Under the pieces are notes generated by a model, which had not been told where the DNA came from, did no database searches, and saw only the letters and a program-made list of their open reading frames with translations. Made by a program: the position numbers and the translations under genes. DNA of 61,460 bases, filler included, from Sphacelaria rigidula (Eukaryota): assembly GCA_964200075.2 (NCBI GenBank). It is 4 parts of 4 records of this genome, joined end to end, with 100 filler letters (N's around TTAATTAATTAA, not from the genome) between each part and the next. Parts side by side here need not be neighbours in the genome. Positions count along the whole stretch, not along the records: positions 15,392 to 30,681 come from CAXNAA020001817.1; positions 30,782 to 46,071 come from CAXNAA020001818.1; 2 more parts are not named here. The stretch is one strand, 5' to 3'. Of this stretch, positions 24,893-37,788 are shown one piece after another. Positions within the stretch are counted from its first letter, which is position 1. Each line of letters opens with the position of its first letter.

Positions 24893-27800
24893 TGTTGAGA
24901 AGAGGCGACAAGGTGTGTACCTCTTTTTTTCGCATGTTTGCGCAGGGTGGGGGGCGCGAAAGATCTTCCGCAGTGACCGACCGAGCACGGAGATCATTTC
25001 ACCCCGCCACGGAGAACGACTTGAGACGAGGGACAAGGAGTGCTTATCGGTTTACTGGGTTGAGCTCATGTATTTTGTTGTTCACTCCGCTTTGAAGTGG
25101 AATGAGGTGCGAACTGATATCGGTGTGGTGGGTGGTTTGTCATGGGCTGTCCTCGTGCTTTTTGTTTTCTTTAATTTCCGGTGAAGAGTGGTCACTCCCC
25201 AGTCTCGATAATTTGTGGTGTTGACAGTTGACAGCGAGCATAGTCGGGAAGGAGTGGTTAGTTGTCGAGGAGTGGTGGTGTGTTTTTTGGAAGATGACTT
25301 ATATGACCATGATTGAATTCGCGTGGCTTTTGAGATTGTCGCGGTCGAGACCTCGTGGAGTCGAGAATACGTGAGCTGTGGCTCAACTCCCCCCCCCCAT
25401 CACGCTTTACCCGAAATTTAAATGGGTTAACTTGTGGTGAAATGTGCAAGGGAGGGGGGGGGGGCAACATCCTCGTGCTTCTTTTTTCCCTGTGGGAATC
25501 GTAGCTGAAGGCATTGAAGGCATCACGGCGAAGTTGGTGGTGTACCGATGTGCCGGATGATGGCGGTTGTGATTGTCAGTTTTGTTCATGTTTCATGTAT
25601 TTGGGGCGGAGCAACGGGGTGTGTGCGTTGTTTGGTTCGAATCCTGACGACTTTTCGGAGAGCGCCGCCTTTCGTTTCTTGTGTTCGAGCGCAGATTTGA
25701 TCAGCCAAGAATCATGTACTTGCGCAAAAGTGGCCACGACGTGGATGATTTGACATTCGAGACACGGTAGAAACTCTCCTGTTTTTTTTCAACACAAGAT
25801 ACGGGTGTACTCTATGTGCAGTACTATTTCTTGTCCACGATTTGTATGTACGATATTGCACAGTTACTCCGTGATACATGCATGAGTGAAGGTCGAGCAC
25901 AACATGGAGGCTTGCACCTCGCGGGCGTGCGATCAGAGCCCCGGAGCAGGCGGGTTGCGTGTTCCACTTGGTTGAAAGAGTGGGTTTGATCCCGTCATGA
26001 TGGCTGACTCATTTCGGGGAGAGGACCGGGAAGCAGCAATTTTGGTTGGGTGCTCAGCCGTGCGTTCAAGTTGCTCCAGCCCTTTCATTGGTGAACCTTG
26101 TATCTTGTCCATTACTGTGACCCCCAAAAACCCGAGATGACGAGACGAGATCTAGTGAAAAAATTGAAGTGCTTCATTTATGTCGGCCAAGTAGGGGGAA
26201 GAGACGTCTACTCGTGACATGTTTGGTGTGGTTCGATCCCAAAAAATAACAAAGGAAGGTCTTGATGCGGTCGGCGAATCAGTTCGCTGTGGTGGAATCC
26301 AAGACAGCCAAAAACTAAGCTGGTTCGAAGCTCTGGTCTAATGACGTGTTTTTCGGTGTACGGTTGCGTCAAGTAGTACTAGATAGGATGCCGCGTTCCT
26401 TGACTGTGATATCTACTAATCAAGTGTGGTATCTACGATAACCAGTAGACGTGGGTGCATGATTCAGTCGGGGATGGGTGTTGGGGGGGGGGGGGGGGTG
26501 CTGTGCGTGTGTTGTGTCCAGTGTGATGTTGGAAGTGGCGGAACATTTCATGTTGAGTCGAACACGAACCCCCGCATTTGCAGATGAAGTTATGGCACGA
26601 GGATGTGATGGGGAACATGAAACGAGAGCGGGAAAACAGAAATCGCTGCACGAGTGTAGTGATGAACCGGTTTTTTCTCTTCCATATATATTTTTCATTT
26701 TGCCCTTCACATCTGGACTTGTACAGCACCTGGGGTTGGGTTCTCGTGTTTCGTGCTCTGTGTGTCCACGCAAAGCGTATACATATATTATGATAGGTCG
26801 CGAAAACGTTGTACAGGTAGGTGTTCGGCGGTTGATATCATCCCCTCGAGCAGAGCACATGTGGTGCGCCGCGACGAGATGGTATCTCTCCCTGTCCCAT
26901 GAAGATCTGTGGTCGCGGTGGTTGGGCTCCGTTGCTGTCTCTTTGTAATGCGTGTTCCAGGTGATCGAAGGAAGATACAGCAGTGCAAGTGGGACATGAC
27001 GTGTCTGGTGGCATGGTGCGGCTTTTCGTCTGAATCTTCAAAAGCGCCGTGTGTGTACGTCTGCTCTCAACGGGAGCGCGGTGGTTGTTCGTTGTAGATC
27101 ATTATTGCGAATTCGTCTCTCCCCCCCCCCCTCTCCCCCGCCCCCCTCTACCCCTTCTCCCTCTTCTGGTCTGATCTTTGTTCCTACTGTTGTCCGTCGA
27201 AGACAAGTGAGGGTTGATTTACCGGGAATGGGCAGGGAGCAACAAGGGGAGTGCGGAATGCTGTAAGAATACGGTTGTGTTCATGTTTTGGTGTTGATGT
27301 TGAATACTGGCGTGCATGGTGTTGAATAGTTTTTGTAGATCTTGTATACGGTTGTGTCTGGTTTGTGTTGAGATCCATATCTTCGTCGAGTGACGTGTAC
27401 TGTGTGCTAGCAAGAATGTTACCATCGAGACGCGTGGTTATTTGCCAAAGCGCCCCCTGTTTCCTGTTGACAATTACTACTGTGGGATCAATTTTCAGCG
27501 CACACACACACTCCTGCTGCTGCTCCATGGAGAAGCACAGGCAAGTGGCGCCACTCACTGCTGATTTTCATAAATTATACACTTCGTACATATTTTAGGG
27601 AGGTCAGCTCTTGAGTCTTATCTAGATTGTTGCACCCGATGGTGCTGTAGGGCCGTTTCGTTTGAACAGGAATTGACTTACGAGATATTTTGTACTCGTT
27701 TTTGGGTTGTTTTTTTCAACACCTTATCTTGGCGTATTGTTCCTTCGTACATGCGATGCATAGCATCTTCGATATATACATATATACTACAAATATATGA

Positions 27801-29109
27801 ATATATATATAAACATACATATGTTGTTAGTCTCGACTTGTACCTCGGGTTTGTTGAGTTTTTTTTTCTCGTCTTTTACCGTTGTCCCGCATGCTAATTG
27901 AAAACGCGGTGTTGTCGGACACTACCCAACGCTAGAGGAGTAGTAGGAAATTTAGGTGATCACTTCGTTCTTTTCCGACCGACCTTTTAATGATAGTGGC
28001 GATTGGTCGGGGTTAATTAATTATAGTGACAGTGCGGTGGAAGCTGCAAACGAGGTGCCTGTGTGTATGCGTGCATATGCATGTGTATGTCGAAACATCT
28101 CTCTAGGCTTTTTTATTTCTAAGGTTTTTGGTCAATTTTAGTGAGGAGTGATGGGGAGGTGTATGGTTTTTTGTTTTGTGATTTATTTCCTCTTTCTTAT
28201 GTGTTGTATGTTTCGTGTTGTTGTCTCCATTATTTGTGTGTGTCTTCTCCTCTCTTCGATGTCGATGTTGGTGTTCGTATAGTCACTCTGCTACAGCCTG
28301 CGTCATGAACTTCCGTTGGCCCGATGCTGTTGTGGAACATGAGCAGGGGTGGGTGAGGCTTGGGGGCTGTCGTTCGTGCGGCGGCGTGTACCCTCCCATC
28401 ACTTGATTGGTCATGTCGTTGCCAAATGCGACATACATAACATGAAAGTGAAATTGTGTCTGTGTTTTTCTTCTATCTTCACTGCGATGTGTAAAACCAC
28501 GAGAGACCCCGGGGGAAGTAGGCAGGAAAAGTCTGGTTCCTAATAATCTCGACAAGACAAATACTAGTGATGACTTCATTAAGACGAAGTATCTTCCCGT
28601 CGAAGGATGGTCGGCTGCTGGATGATGTGGACTAAAAGCTGTTATCGCCCGTCTTTTTCACCCGTCCATGTTCCTGCTGCACCTACAGCACACTACCTGC
28701 AGTTTTGGGGTGATGTGCCTGTCGTCTGTTTGTATATGCCCGTACCACCAAAGCTCCCAAGAAAACCTTGATTGGATGAAGAGGAATTGTGGGCCAGGTG
28801 ACGATAATACAGCATCGCGAGGACAACGGTCTTTCCTCGAGATGCGGCGTTGGAATCGCCGAAAACTGTACGTTGACTCGACGATTTGGCTTCATGGTCG
28901 GCGGCCGCTGGTACACGTTATCCGCATTTCACGACATCCCTCCAAGCTGTGAACAAATTGAACAACGTGCTGCTTACAGCGTATCCCGAATTGGGTTGTA
29001 AACGCACCCGCTGTGATGTCGATTTCGCATCGCGCAACGATTTGGAATCTAAGTGTAACCTGGAATATGTATGCGACATGCACCCGTTTCAAGCTGCTCC
29101 ACTTGGACA

Positions 29110-29293
29110 TGTGTGTGTGTGTGTTGTTCAATTTATTCTTGGCACCAGTCTACACCTCTCGGTATATGTGGGCGCATCAGCCGGCAGCCGGGGTCACACA
29201 GGAGGAAGGTCAACACAGGAGCTTTTTCTTTTTTATATATATTCTATACCCTACCTTTCTTCTGCGGTGCTTGCCTTTATTCTTCATCGCGAG
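29110..29293 (-). mobile_element. 5'-truncated copy of the same SINE
   Basis: Shares cagccggggtcacacaggaggaaggtca...ttctgcggtgcttgc and the (CA)n tail. Confidence 0.75.
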
Positions 29294-29634
29294 AACATGA
29301 CGTCGGGATGATGAGAGTAAAAATTGATTATTATTATCGTGTCTGTCGCATCAGCTCGATCTCTCGAGCTCTGAGAAATACTAAGAGTGGTTCCTTCCAC
29401 TCGTGCCACGACCTTACATACACACACATGTACAAGTTATTGCTCTCCAAAGCCGCCATCACAGAAGGGTGCGGGGTATGCAAGGAGCAGCCCAGCCGCA
29501 CAGCGTGAATCGCTCCATCTTCGCCAAAGTCGTCTACAGCATTCTCACTTGTTCCACGATACTCGACACTCCTGCTCATTGTCTGGATATTCTGTGCTGC
29601 TTCGTTTTTTGCGGTATGTGAGTAAAAGGGTTAA

Positions 29635-29824
29635 TGCCGTGTCTTATCAAATTGTTTTCGATTCGAAAACGTACGGTGGAATCAAATTTGCTCGTACCTG
29701 ATACGTCCACGGCATCCATGTTGTCAACCATCTGAGAAAATAAACAGCGCGGACGAATCAGAAACGAGCGAACTCGATTCCACCGTACGTTTTCGAGTCG
29801 AAAACAATTTGATAAGACACCGCC
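29635..29824. mobile_element. PIF/Harbinger (Tourist-like) MITE
   Basis: ~75-bp TIRs starting (G)GCCGTGTCTTATC; TAA on both flanks; solo arm at 30293-30370. Confidence 0.8.
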
Positions 29825-32042
29825 TAAGTGGGGTTGGTGTTGTGGGTGACGCCCGCAACTGCTGCTACTTGTCGTGTTTTTGATAGCTGATTTTGAGAAG
29901 GACGGTGAATGTGGGGTGGAACCTAGTGGGCGCTTCCCGAATGCAACACGATACAAGCATACAACAACGTATCAGTGCAGTCGCCGGAGCAACTACATTT
30001 CCGCGACACCACCACTCACAGGCCAGTAAATATCCACTGAAGTTAGAATACATTTCATATGAGGGAGGTCGTCATCCGGAGATGATGTGTGTATTTGTGA
30101 TTGATCTGATTGGCTCGATTACGGGTCATTTTTTCCGCAGTGGATAGTGGTCGGTCCATTTTATCGATAATATATAGTACCCAAAATCGGGCCCCATTCA
30201 CCCTGTCAAAATATACATGAGGTGCGTATGATTCTTGTATGCGATCATCTTGGCATTTGAGTTGCATTTGATTTTTTGGCGTACTACTGAGAGGCCGTGT
30301 CTTATCAAATTGTTTTGGTGTCGAAAACGTGCGGTTGAATCGAATTCGCTCGTTTCTGATTCGTCCACGTTACGAGCTGGGCCAGCGGAGAAGCGACTCT
30401 GCAGTTTGCAGGCCCATTATACGGCCAATACTTGGAGTTGGACCCTGAAATTTGGTATGGACAATGAGTAGGGCATAATAATAAAAAAAAACTAGCGCAC
30501 ACGAGAGTGCCCAAAAAAAAACTCGGAGACCCTATGTACCCCCCCCCTCCGCCGGTCGTCGGATTTTTTTTTCACAGTAAGAAACACTAAAAAAATAGCC
30601 GTTACGTGATGAAACGGACCCTCCTATACGCCGGCCACGTTGTGCACATGCACGACGACCGCCTCCCCAACATAGTTATGCNNNNNNNNNNNNNNNNNNN
30701 NNNNNNNNNNNNNNNNNNNNNNNNNTTAATTAATTAANNNNNNNNNNNNNNNNNNNNNNNNNNNNNNNNNNNNNNNNNNNNTCGGGATACTCGGACCAGT
30801 CTCCGATACGGTTTTTTGTATCCGCTACTTCACTCCATAATCTCGATTATATTCTGGAGACCGACCGGAGACGCTATACGCCAAGGAGGAGAGTCTGCGA
30901 TCTAGCACGCACGTACACCGGTCAATCTCTCCTTGTGTTCCATGTCTATCGTAAAGTAGCATCAAACGCGCGACTTGCTCAGTACCCCTACATCACGGAG
31001 GGTCAACATCCCCTCCATCTATTATGCTCAGAGGTTTTGATTTCGCGGCTGGAACCTAGACACGGAAAAAGCAATAGAGGACTGCCTCTCACGGGGGTAC
31101 TCGTGCTTCGACAGTCTGCTCTCTGCAGGACGAGTAGCTCACGCGCGCGGACGAGAGCTAGATTTCGTCATGCTGCTTGAACCTACATCGCTCAGCCCCG
31201 CGGCCATACTATTGTGATAGACAGCAGGACATGAAGCATGCAAGTGATTCGTGTTGTGCTACCACTGTAACACGTGGACGCGCAGAAAAGACTCACATCA
31301 CCGGCGAATGTCGGACCACAACGGAAAACACGCCCACGCCTTCTCTTGTGGAGCTGAAGTCCTCGTCTCCCATACTCGGCATTACAATACACTGTAGTAC
31401 AGCTGACAGCGCCGTGCAGCAGTGGATACGACACGCGAACCGTAACGGGGATCAGACCGAGGTCATACATCGACAACAAGCTGAAACCCTCCGTCAAACT
31501 ACTCCTGTCGGGTGGTCGAATTTGCTGCCATCGGCTGTTCATACCCCCCTGCAACCAGTTTTCCGTCTTTTCGACCTCGACGGTTGTGTGGTCACACCAC
31601 TGCCGACACGTTATACCGACTCAAGATGAGAGAATATGCAGCAGTGAACGTTTTCCTACGGGGTTCACTTGATCGAAATAATTTCGCGGACGATCTGTAA
31701 CCAATATTTGGAAGGTTGGGAATCGATAGGTGCTGGAAAAAGAATAAGTAGGTTGTGCTCAGGACACATCTCCAGTCTCGTGTGGTCAGGACAATACGGA
31801 GTAAAACCCCGTCTGGCGACGGGGCTGTTGTTGGCCGTATACTATCCCAAAACGCGATCCTCGGCTGTGGCGCAATGAATGTCGAAACTAGAAAACTGAA
31901 CTCCAGAATATGTCAGTAAAACGATCCGGGTCGGTTCCGTCGAGCGAAAATATTGAAGAGCGAGAACCGGGGGCTGTGACCTCGTAGGACCCCCAGCGAC
32001 CGGTGAGCCCGTAACTCGTTCAAAAATGGTGGAGAAAAATAT

Positions 32043-32086
<44 letters not shown>

Positions 32087-33240
32087 CCCGAGTCTGTGCC
32101 CGGTACTCATCCCTATCGATTCGTAAAGTTTGGGAACCAGCAGAATCCGTGATGAGTCATGGTGACCGAATGAAAAATTCGAAAAGAATCGCTTTCACTC
32201 GTTCATGTCAGTCAGGTTCTTCATAAATTGAGTAGGCCATACATGCATGATGATAACCTACACCTGGCAACGCCGTTTTTGTAGTCTCAGGCGGTAACTG
32301 GATGGTGTCTTCTCTACATGCGCGCCATGATTTACGTCTTTCGTATTTTGTGAGGCTACGAGCGCAGTCTTGGCCTTGGACGATGACTGCTAATAATAGC
32401 ACGCCTCACCCGCGTGTGGAGCGGAAGGATACGTTCGGCAGTGCAGCATGAGCTCTGTACGATCGTGTTTCAGATACCACCACAATGGAGCGTGACCGTC
32501 GCGATTGTACAGCGATCACATCTGTATGTCAACCGTTCGGAAATATGCATCGTCAGTTTGTGCGCTGCAGTGAGTAGGATTGAGCGAGAGTTCTTGAAAG
32601 AGGTACGTAGCTGTCAACATGATCTGCGGTTTTACCCCAGTATGGTTACCATTTCATATATCGTATATCGTCGTGCCTGCTGACGCCACGGCGTGTAGTT
32701 TTGTAGGGGTGATGAAAACGCGACACTATTTCAGGCGCAGCACTATCACTAGGGTGGAATGCCCCGGGCACCCGGTGTATCGCTGGGAAATAGAGCGTCG
32801 GTACTTTTCGGCAGCGATATCTCTCTGGAGTGCAGGGTTCTCATGTCGTGTGACTTGATCGGGCTGGAAGAAAATCATGTCATGCTCCACACATCACGGT
32901 AAACCTCCGACCAGAATCAAGTACCCTCGAGGTTGAGGCTGTTCTATGACGTCAGTTTTCCAGCCTCAGCTTTCCCCTAAGCTACAGTATGATAATCACG
33001 CCGTCGATATCTCTCGGCAAATAAGATCCCTTCGGAGTGCAGGGTCTCACTTGTCGACAACATTAACCTCGAGAAGTTCATATTTTACACCCGGCGGTTC
33101 TACGCTACACTAGAGTACGTACGCCGCGCATGGTCTTGCCGCTCGAGGCACGGATGAGAAGCACCAAAAGCAGTGGTGGAAGGCACGCAAGTACGGTGCC
33201 GATGTTGCCGCCATCGACTACTCGGTGGGGATACAGTGCA

Positions 33241-34154
33241 GTAGTTTACATCTGAAATGGGAGATTTTCGTAGTTTTTCCGTAGTCGGGGACATTCGAAA
33301 ATATTTTCGCGTGCCACCGCTCATCTCAGCGAACGTTTGATCCCAAAGTTTGGGGATCGGGAGATACTAGGCGTCTCCTACACGTTCCGAAATAAGATCA
33401 CATCTGCGCTGATTATCGAAGGACTTACGGGCTGACCTGATTTAGGGGGTCCTAAGACTACCCAGCCCCGGGTTCTCACCCTGAAGTATTTTCCCAATAG
33501 AAGGAATCCCAATCGTTTTCGTGAACAAATATAAATGATATTTTCTTCAATACCCACTTTTTTATTGCGATAGAGCCGAAACACTGTGTTTTTTGGATCA
33601 GTGACGATCGATGACACCCCCTGATGATCAATGTACTTACTCCGTGTCACCCCGACAACGCTATATGAGGATCCTGTTCTGAGCACGACCTGTTGCTCTT
33701 CCCAACATCTGTCGAAGCCAGGACTTGTAAGTACCAAGGACGAATGCAACACAAGAGAAGTCAGAGGAGTACCCAAGAACGGAAATTGCCCAACCGGGCT
33801 CTGCATAGCACAGGCGGGGGTGAACCAATTCCGATCAATTTCATGAATGATTGAGTACCCTTATTCTTTTCCATTTTTCAGTTTTTTATTGCGCTAGAAC
33901 CAAGAAGAAATGTGTGTTTGGACCAAAAACGGTCAATAACACCCGCCATCAATTCAGCTCGGAAGTCGTTCAACATTGAGCGCAGAGACGATCTTCGTTT
34001 AGGACTGTGGAGTGGATGCCTATAATAGTACATCTCAATTCCCAAACGTCGGGATCAACCGCTCGCTGGGATGACAGATGGCACGCGAAAAAAACATTGA
34101 GAATCGCCGACTCCGGACACATCACAGAAATATCCTATTTCAGATGAAAACTAC
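33241..34154. mobile_element. Non-autonomous DNA transposon with ~115-bp degenerate TIRs
   Basis: 33241-33357 is the inverted counterpart of 34039-34154. Confidence 0.65.
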
Positions 34155-37100
34155 TACATGTACGTCGTATTGGGATACTGTACTTTTCATGTTGTATATT
34201 TTTGAATGAATCCACCCAGCTTCCTCGGAACGAGTCCGTAGTGTCAAGGAACCAAAACACTCCTCCCTCGCTCTACGTGACTGGAACCCTACCATCGAGC
34301 AACGAGGTTGCCCTCCTGTGATACCCCGACTTTCATTCTAGTTTGTGGCTTCATGTTCTTATGCTTCCGACGACGTAGACCAGATCCGCTACACACTACA
34401 CCAAGACCATGTCTCTCAGGATGCTAGCCGCCGGCAAAAGTCCGCCCAAACTGGCCGTCGGTGTACTAGCTTGGCCACCGGGACGCTGCGATAGTGTCGG
34501 GCTAATACGGCCAGACTCCAACACTCCTCCTCGACAGGCTATGCCCGCAAAACCGGATGGGCTCGTACGGAATGATAGCTTGGGTACGAAGATGAAAACG
34601 GATGGTCGAAAGTAGGAGTGAATCGCAGGTCCCGAGCCTGTAAACGAGTTGGATGCTTGTCGCTCGTCTACATGGACTAAGCTAGTAGTGCTGCCCCTTC
34701 TCAAGTAGAATTTGGGATAGACGGGACAGGCAGGCAGAGTCACCCAGACGTAGAACATGCTTCATCCCTGAGTGTACCGTAGCTCTTACGCAGAACCACC
34801 TCATACTATCGTGTTCGAGCTCCTCGTCTTTACCTTGATATTGACGCCATGCGCCCCCATCAAGACCATCAGTAGTACTCTCTGTGTTGCAAGGCTCGTG
34901 GCTGTGGTCTGCAAGTCGGGGCGAACCATTCTGTTCGTCGGCACGTTCCAACCCTTCCTCTTGCTCGGGACGAGTCCATGATTTTGAATGCTCCACGCAC
35001 CTCTCCCCCATACACGCCTTGAAATTTTGGTACCGCGGATTGAACCAGGACTCCCGCACCTCGACCACTCTCGACAAAAAAATGTACTTTTTCTACAGTA
35101 CTACTCACTTACTCAACTCCACCTTTACAACGACGGAAATCGGACACTCTCCAGACAGATCCAAGTGTGTCTGCCGTGCATCGCACCCGCATTTGTGCCA
35201 TTAGACCTCCATGAGTCCAGTGGTACTACACCATTACACCTCTGGGGCGTGCCGGCCCGTGTTCATCTCAAACCTCGATCGATACAGTGATGTGGTGAAA
35301 CTTACTGAATACCACACGCCAACTCTCCACACAGACTCACTCTCACCTCGATTTAGCACCACGTAGACCGCACAACGTGAGCAATCTAACCAGCGAAGAT
35401 AAGCACACCGCCACGCACAACGCAGTCTGACCAAGCGGAAGTGCAAGCTCTTATGCTGCCACCCCCCCCCCCGTGGAGAACGCCGTCGGTGGGATTGGTA
35501 GTACGACCGTCGGTGGAAAACCTACACGACACGGCGAGGACGGTACAGCACAACCAAGTGTCGGTACAGCCGGCAGCCGTACCGCACGCTGCTCCCCTCT
35601 TTTGCGGAAAAGACGAGAAAAAAAGGAGATCACAATTTTCATCTGCGTTCAACCCCACCTCCGTTCTGGTCGGATAGGGAACCATCGAAGTGGAGCGGGT
35701 TCGAGCCAGCTTCCAGGTTCGGCGTGGGTCGTGTTTTGCTTCATCACGAGAGGGTTCACACTACACGTGTAGTTTCGAACACGAAGAATCTTGACCGTTG
35801 TTACGATAAGTAGAAGTTGGGCCTCAACGCGCGTGTACAAGAGCATTAAACACACCAGCTACTACAGTGCCGACTTGTTCACGCCATAAACATCGTTTCC
35901 AGCTCAGGCTCCGAGTCTTGAACTGACGCGATGGGTTGAGGCGACTTCCTTCCTAGTCCAACTATGACATCCCCCCCGCCCCCACCCAAAAAGCCGAACC
36001 TCGTCGGGTTGATTTTGAACCTCTCTTTGGGAGCCGGACTTGCAGGCGAATACGCTTTGTGCACTGCGCCAGAGATATAGCCGGCACAAGACGTTCCGGA
36101 AAGCCTGTCCATCTTTCGATTCAAGACGGTGGGTGCTGCGATGACCAGGGTGGTTTGCGGGCTGTGGTCTTGTTTTCGCACGGCGTTCGGGTGCGGGGTG
36201 ATACATTCAAGTCCACCGTGTGGTGCGCGGAGGTTTGTACGTGCTACCGGTCTGCACGGAAGGGGTCTTCTTGTTTGGTGTCGGTCGACGGGCGGTGTTG
36301 CACCGGAGCATTCGTTTCTATTTTCAAGTGCTACCCTCTTTTTGTTTGCTCACACGCCCAAGTACTGGCGAACATGTCGTATTTCCGGCTTGAGTCCTTT
36401 ACATATGCAACAAACCAAACCGTGCCATCAAAAGCGAACGCACCCCTAAAAGTGAAACGATCGAAACTTCTCTCTCACGTACAAAAAGGAAGGTGCTGAC
36501 GACGCTTCAGGACGGTATGAGCTGGCGTACGGCAACTGAGACTCCTAGACTTCACCGCTCCAGAGCATACCGCGCCCTCCCCTAGGCGCACATCACGATA
36601 CTGCGCAACGTACCATGGGAGGGAGAGATCAAGCGTCGTCATCCAGGGAGAAGGCGCGATCCACCGCAACAGGTTTGAAGTCGTGTGATATGGACTCTCG
36701 GTTTTTATATGACTCGCTGGAGGCTGGAAATATTTCGAGTTTCAGGGCTTGAAGGCGTTGACTTGGCTTTGGTGCTGACCGTGCCTTAGCACCTAGGTGG
36801 TGGAAATCGTTGCGCTGACTTCACACGAGAGGAATATACCTCGCTCGTTTGTTGATCTAAGGCACAAGCGTGATTGTACGACAGGGTTGATGCTATTTCA
36901 TCGCTTTCTTCTCTATAACAGTCTCGGTACAAGCTCGAAATGATCTCGAGCCGTTTCGTCTCTGCAGCACACACACACACACGATACCATTCGATTGTAG
37001 ACAAACCGTGTGTCGACTGTATTCGACACACTAACTACAGCTGTATATGCATTGCATGTATGACGGTCCTAAAACACGAAAAGAAGGCTGCCACGAGCCA

Positions 37101-37406
37101 TAGACACCAGTATCACGAACGCCCATCAGAGTATGACAAGTAACTTCGGCGGTAAGCGTCATCAGAAATAGGCACCACGCGTTTGGCGCGAGGCCCAGGA
37201 AACGTGAAGTAGCCGGCACGGCAACGAGGGAATGCAGCGCAATTGTCGTGCTCATTACGTTGCCTTTCACAAGCATTGCTTCACGCGACCCCGGAGATTG
37301 ATTTGAACAAACCTCGTTTGGCGATTTCATTCATGCCCTGCGATCGGTATATGCTCACCTAACGCCAACCACACGGTGCGAATCGCCAACACACTGTTTT
37401 CGAATA

Positions 37407-37788
37407 GAAGGGGATCCCGAGATATGAGGTTAGAGATCAAAACAAGTTCCAACCCCCCAAACAGTGCTTTCCGTGACGATAATTCATGACAAGTGACTTT
37501 TATCTGGACGACCTCATGCCCCCCGATCTCACTGGAGCTGTTTTTGGGAGCTTGCTGTCTTCCGTTCCCCCAAAAGGTAGGTGCGCAAACGCCTCTTCAC
37601 CTCGACTTCGGGTTGACAAAGGGGACGCTTTTTCAGCCCGAGAATGGTGCTTTTGCACATACCCGCTTAGGGAAGAGAAGACGGGAAGGTCCCAAAAATA
37701 GTTTTACGGAGGTCGGTGGGCATGAGAAAGCACCGTTTCGGAGTCGAACCTCATCTTCATGTCCAACCTCATTTCTCGGGACCCTCTC
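37407..37788. mobile_element. MITE flanked by TA
   Basis: ~70-bp degenerate TIRs; the motif GAAAGCAC..TGAACCTCAT recurs twice at 15398-15497. Confidence 0.6.
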
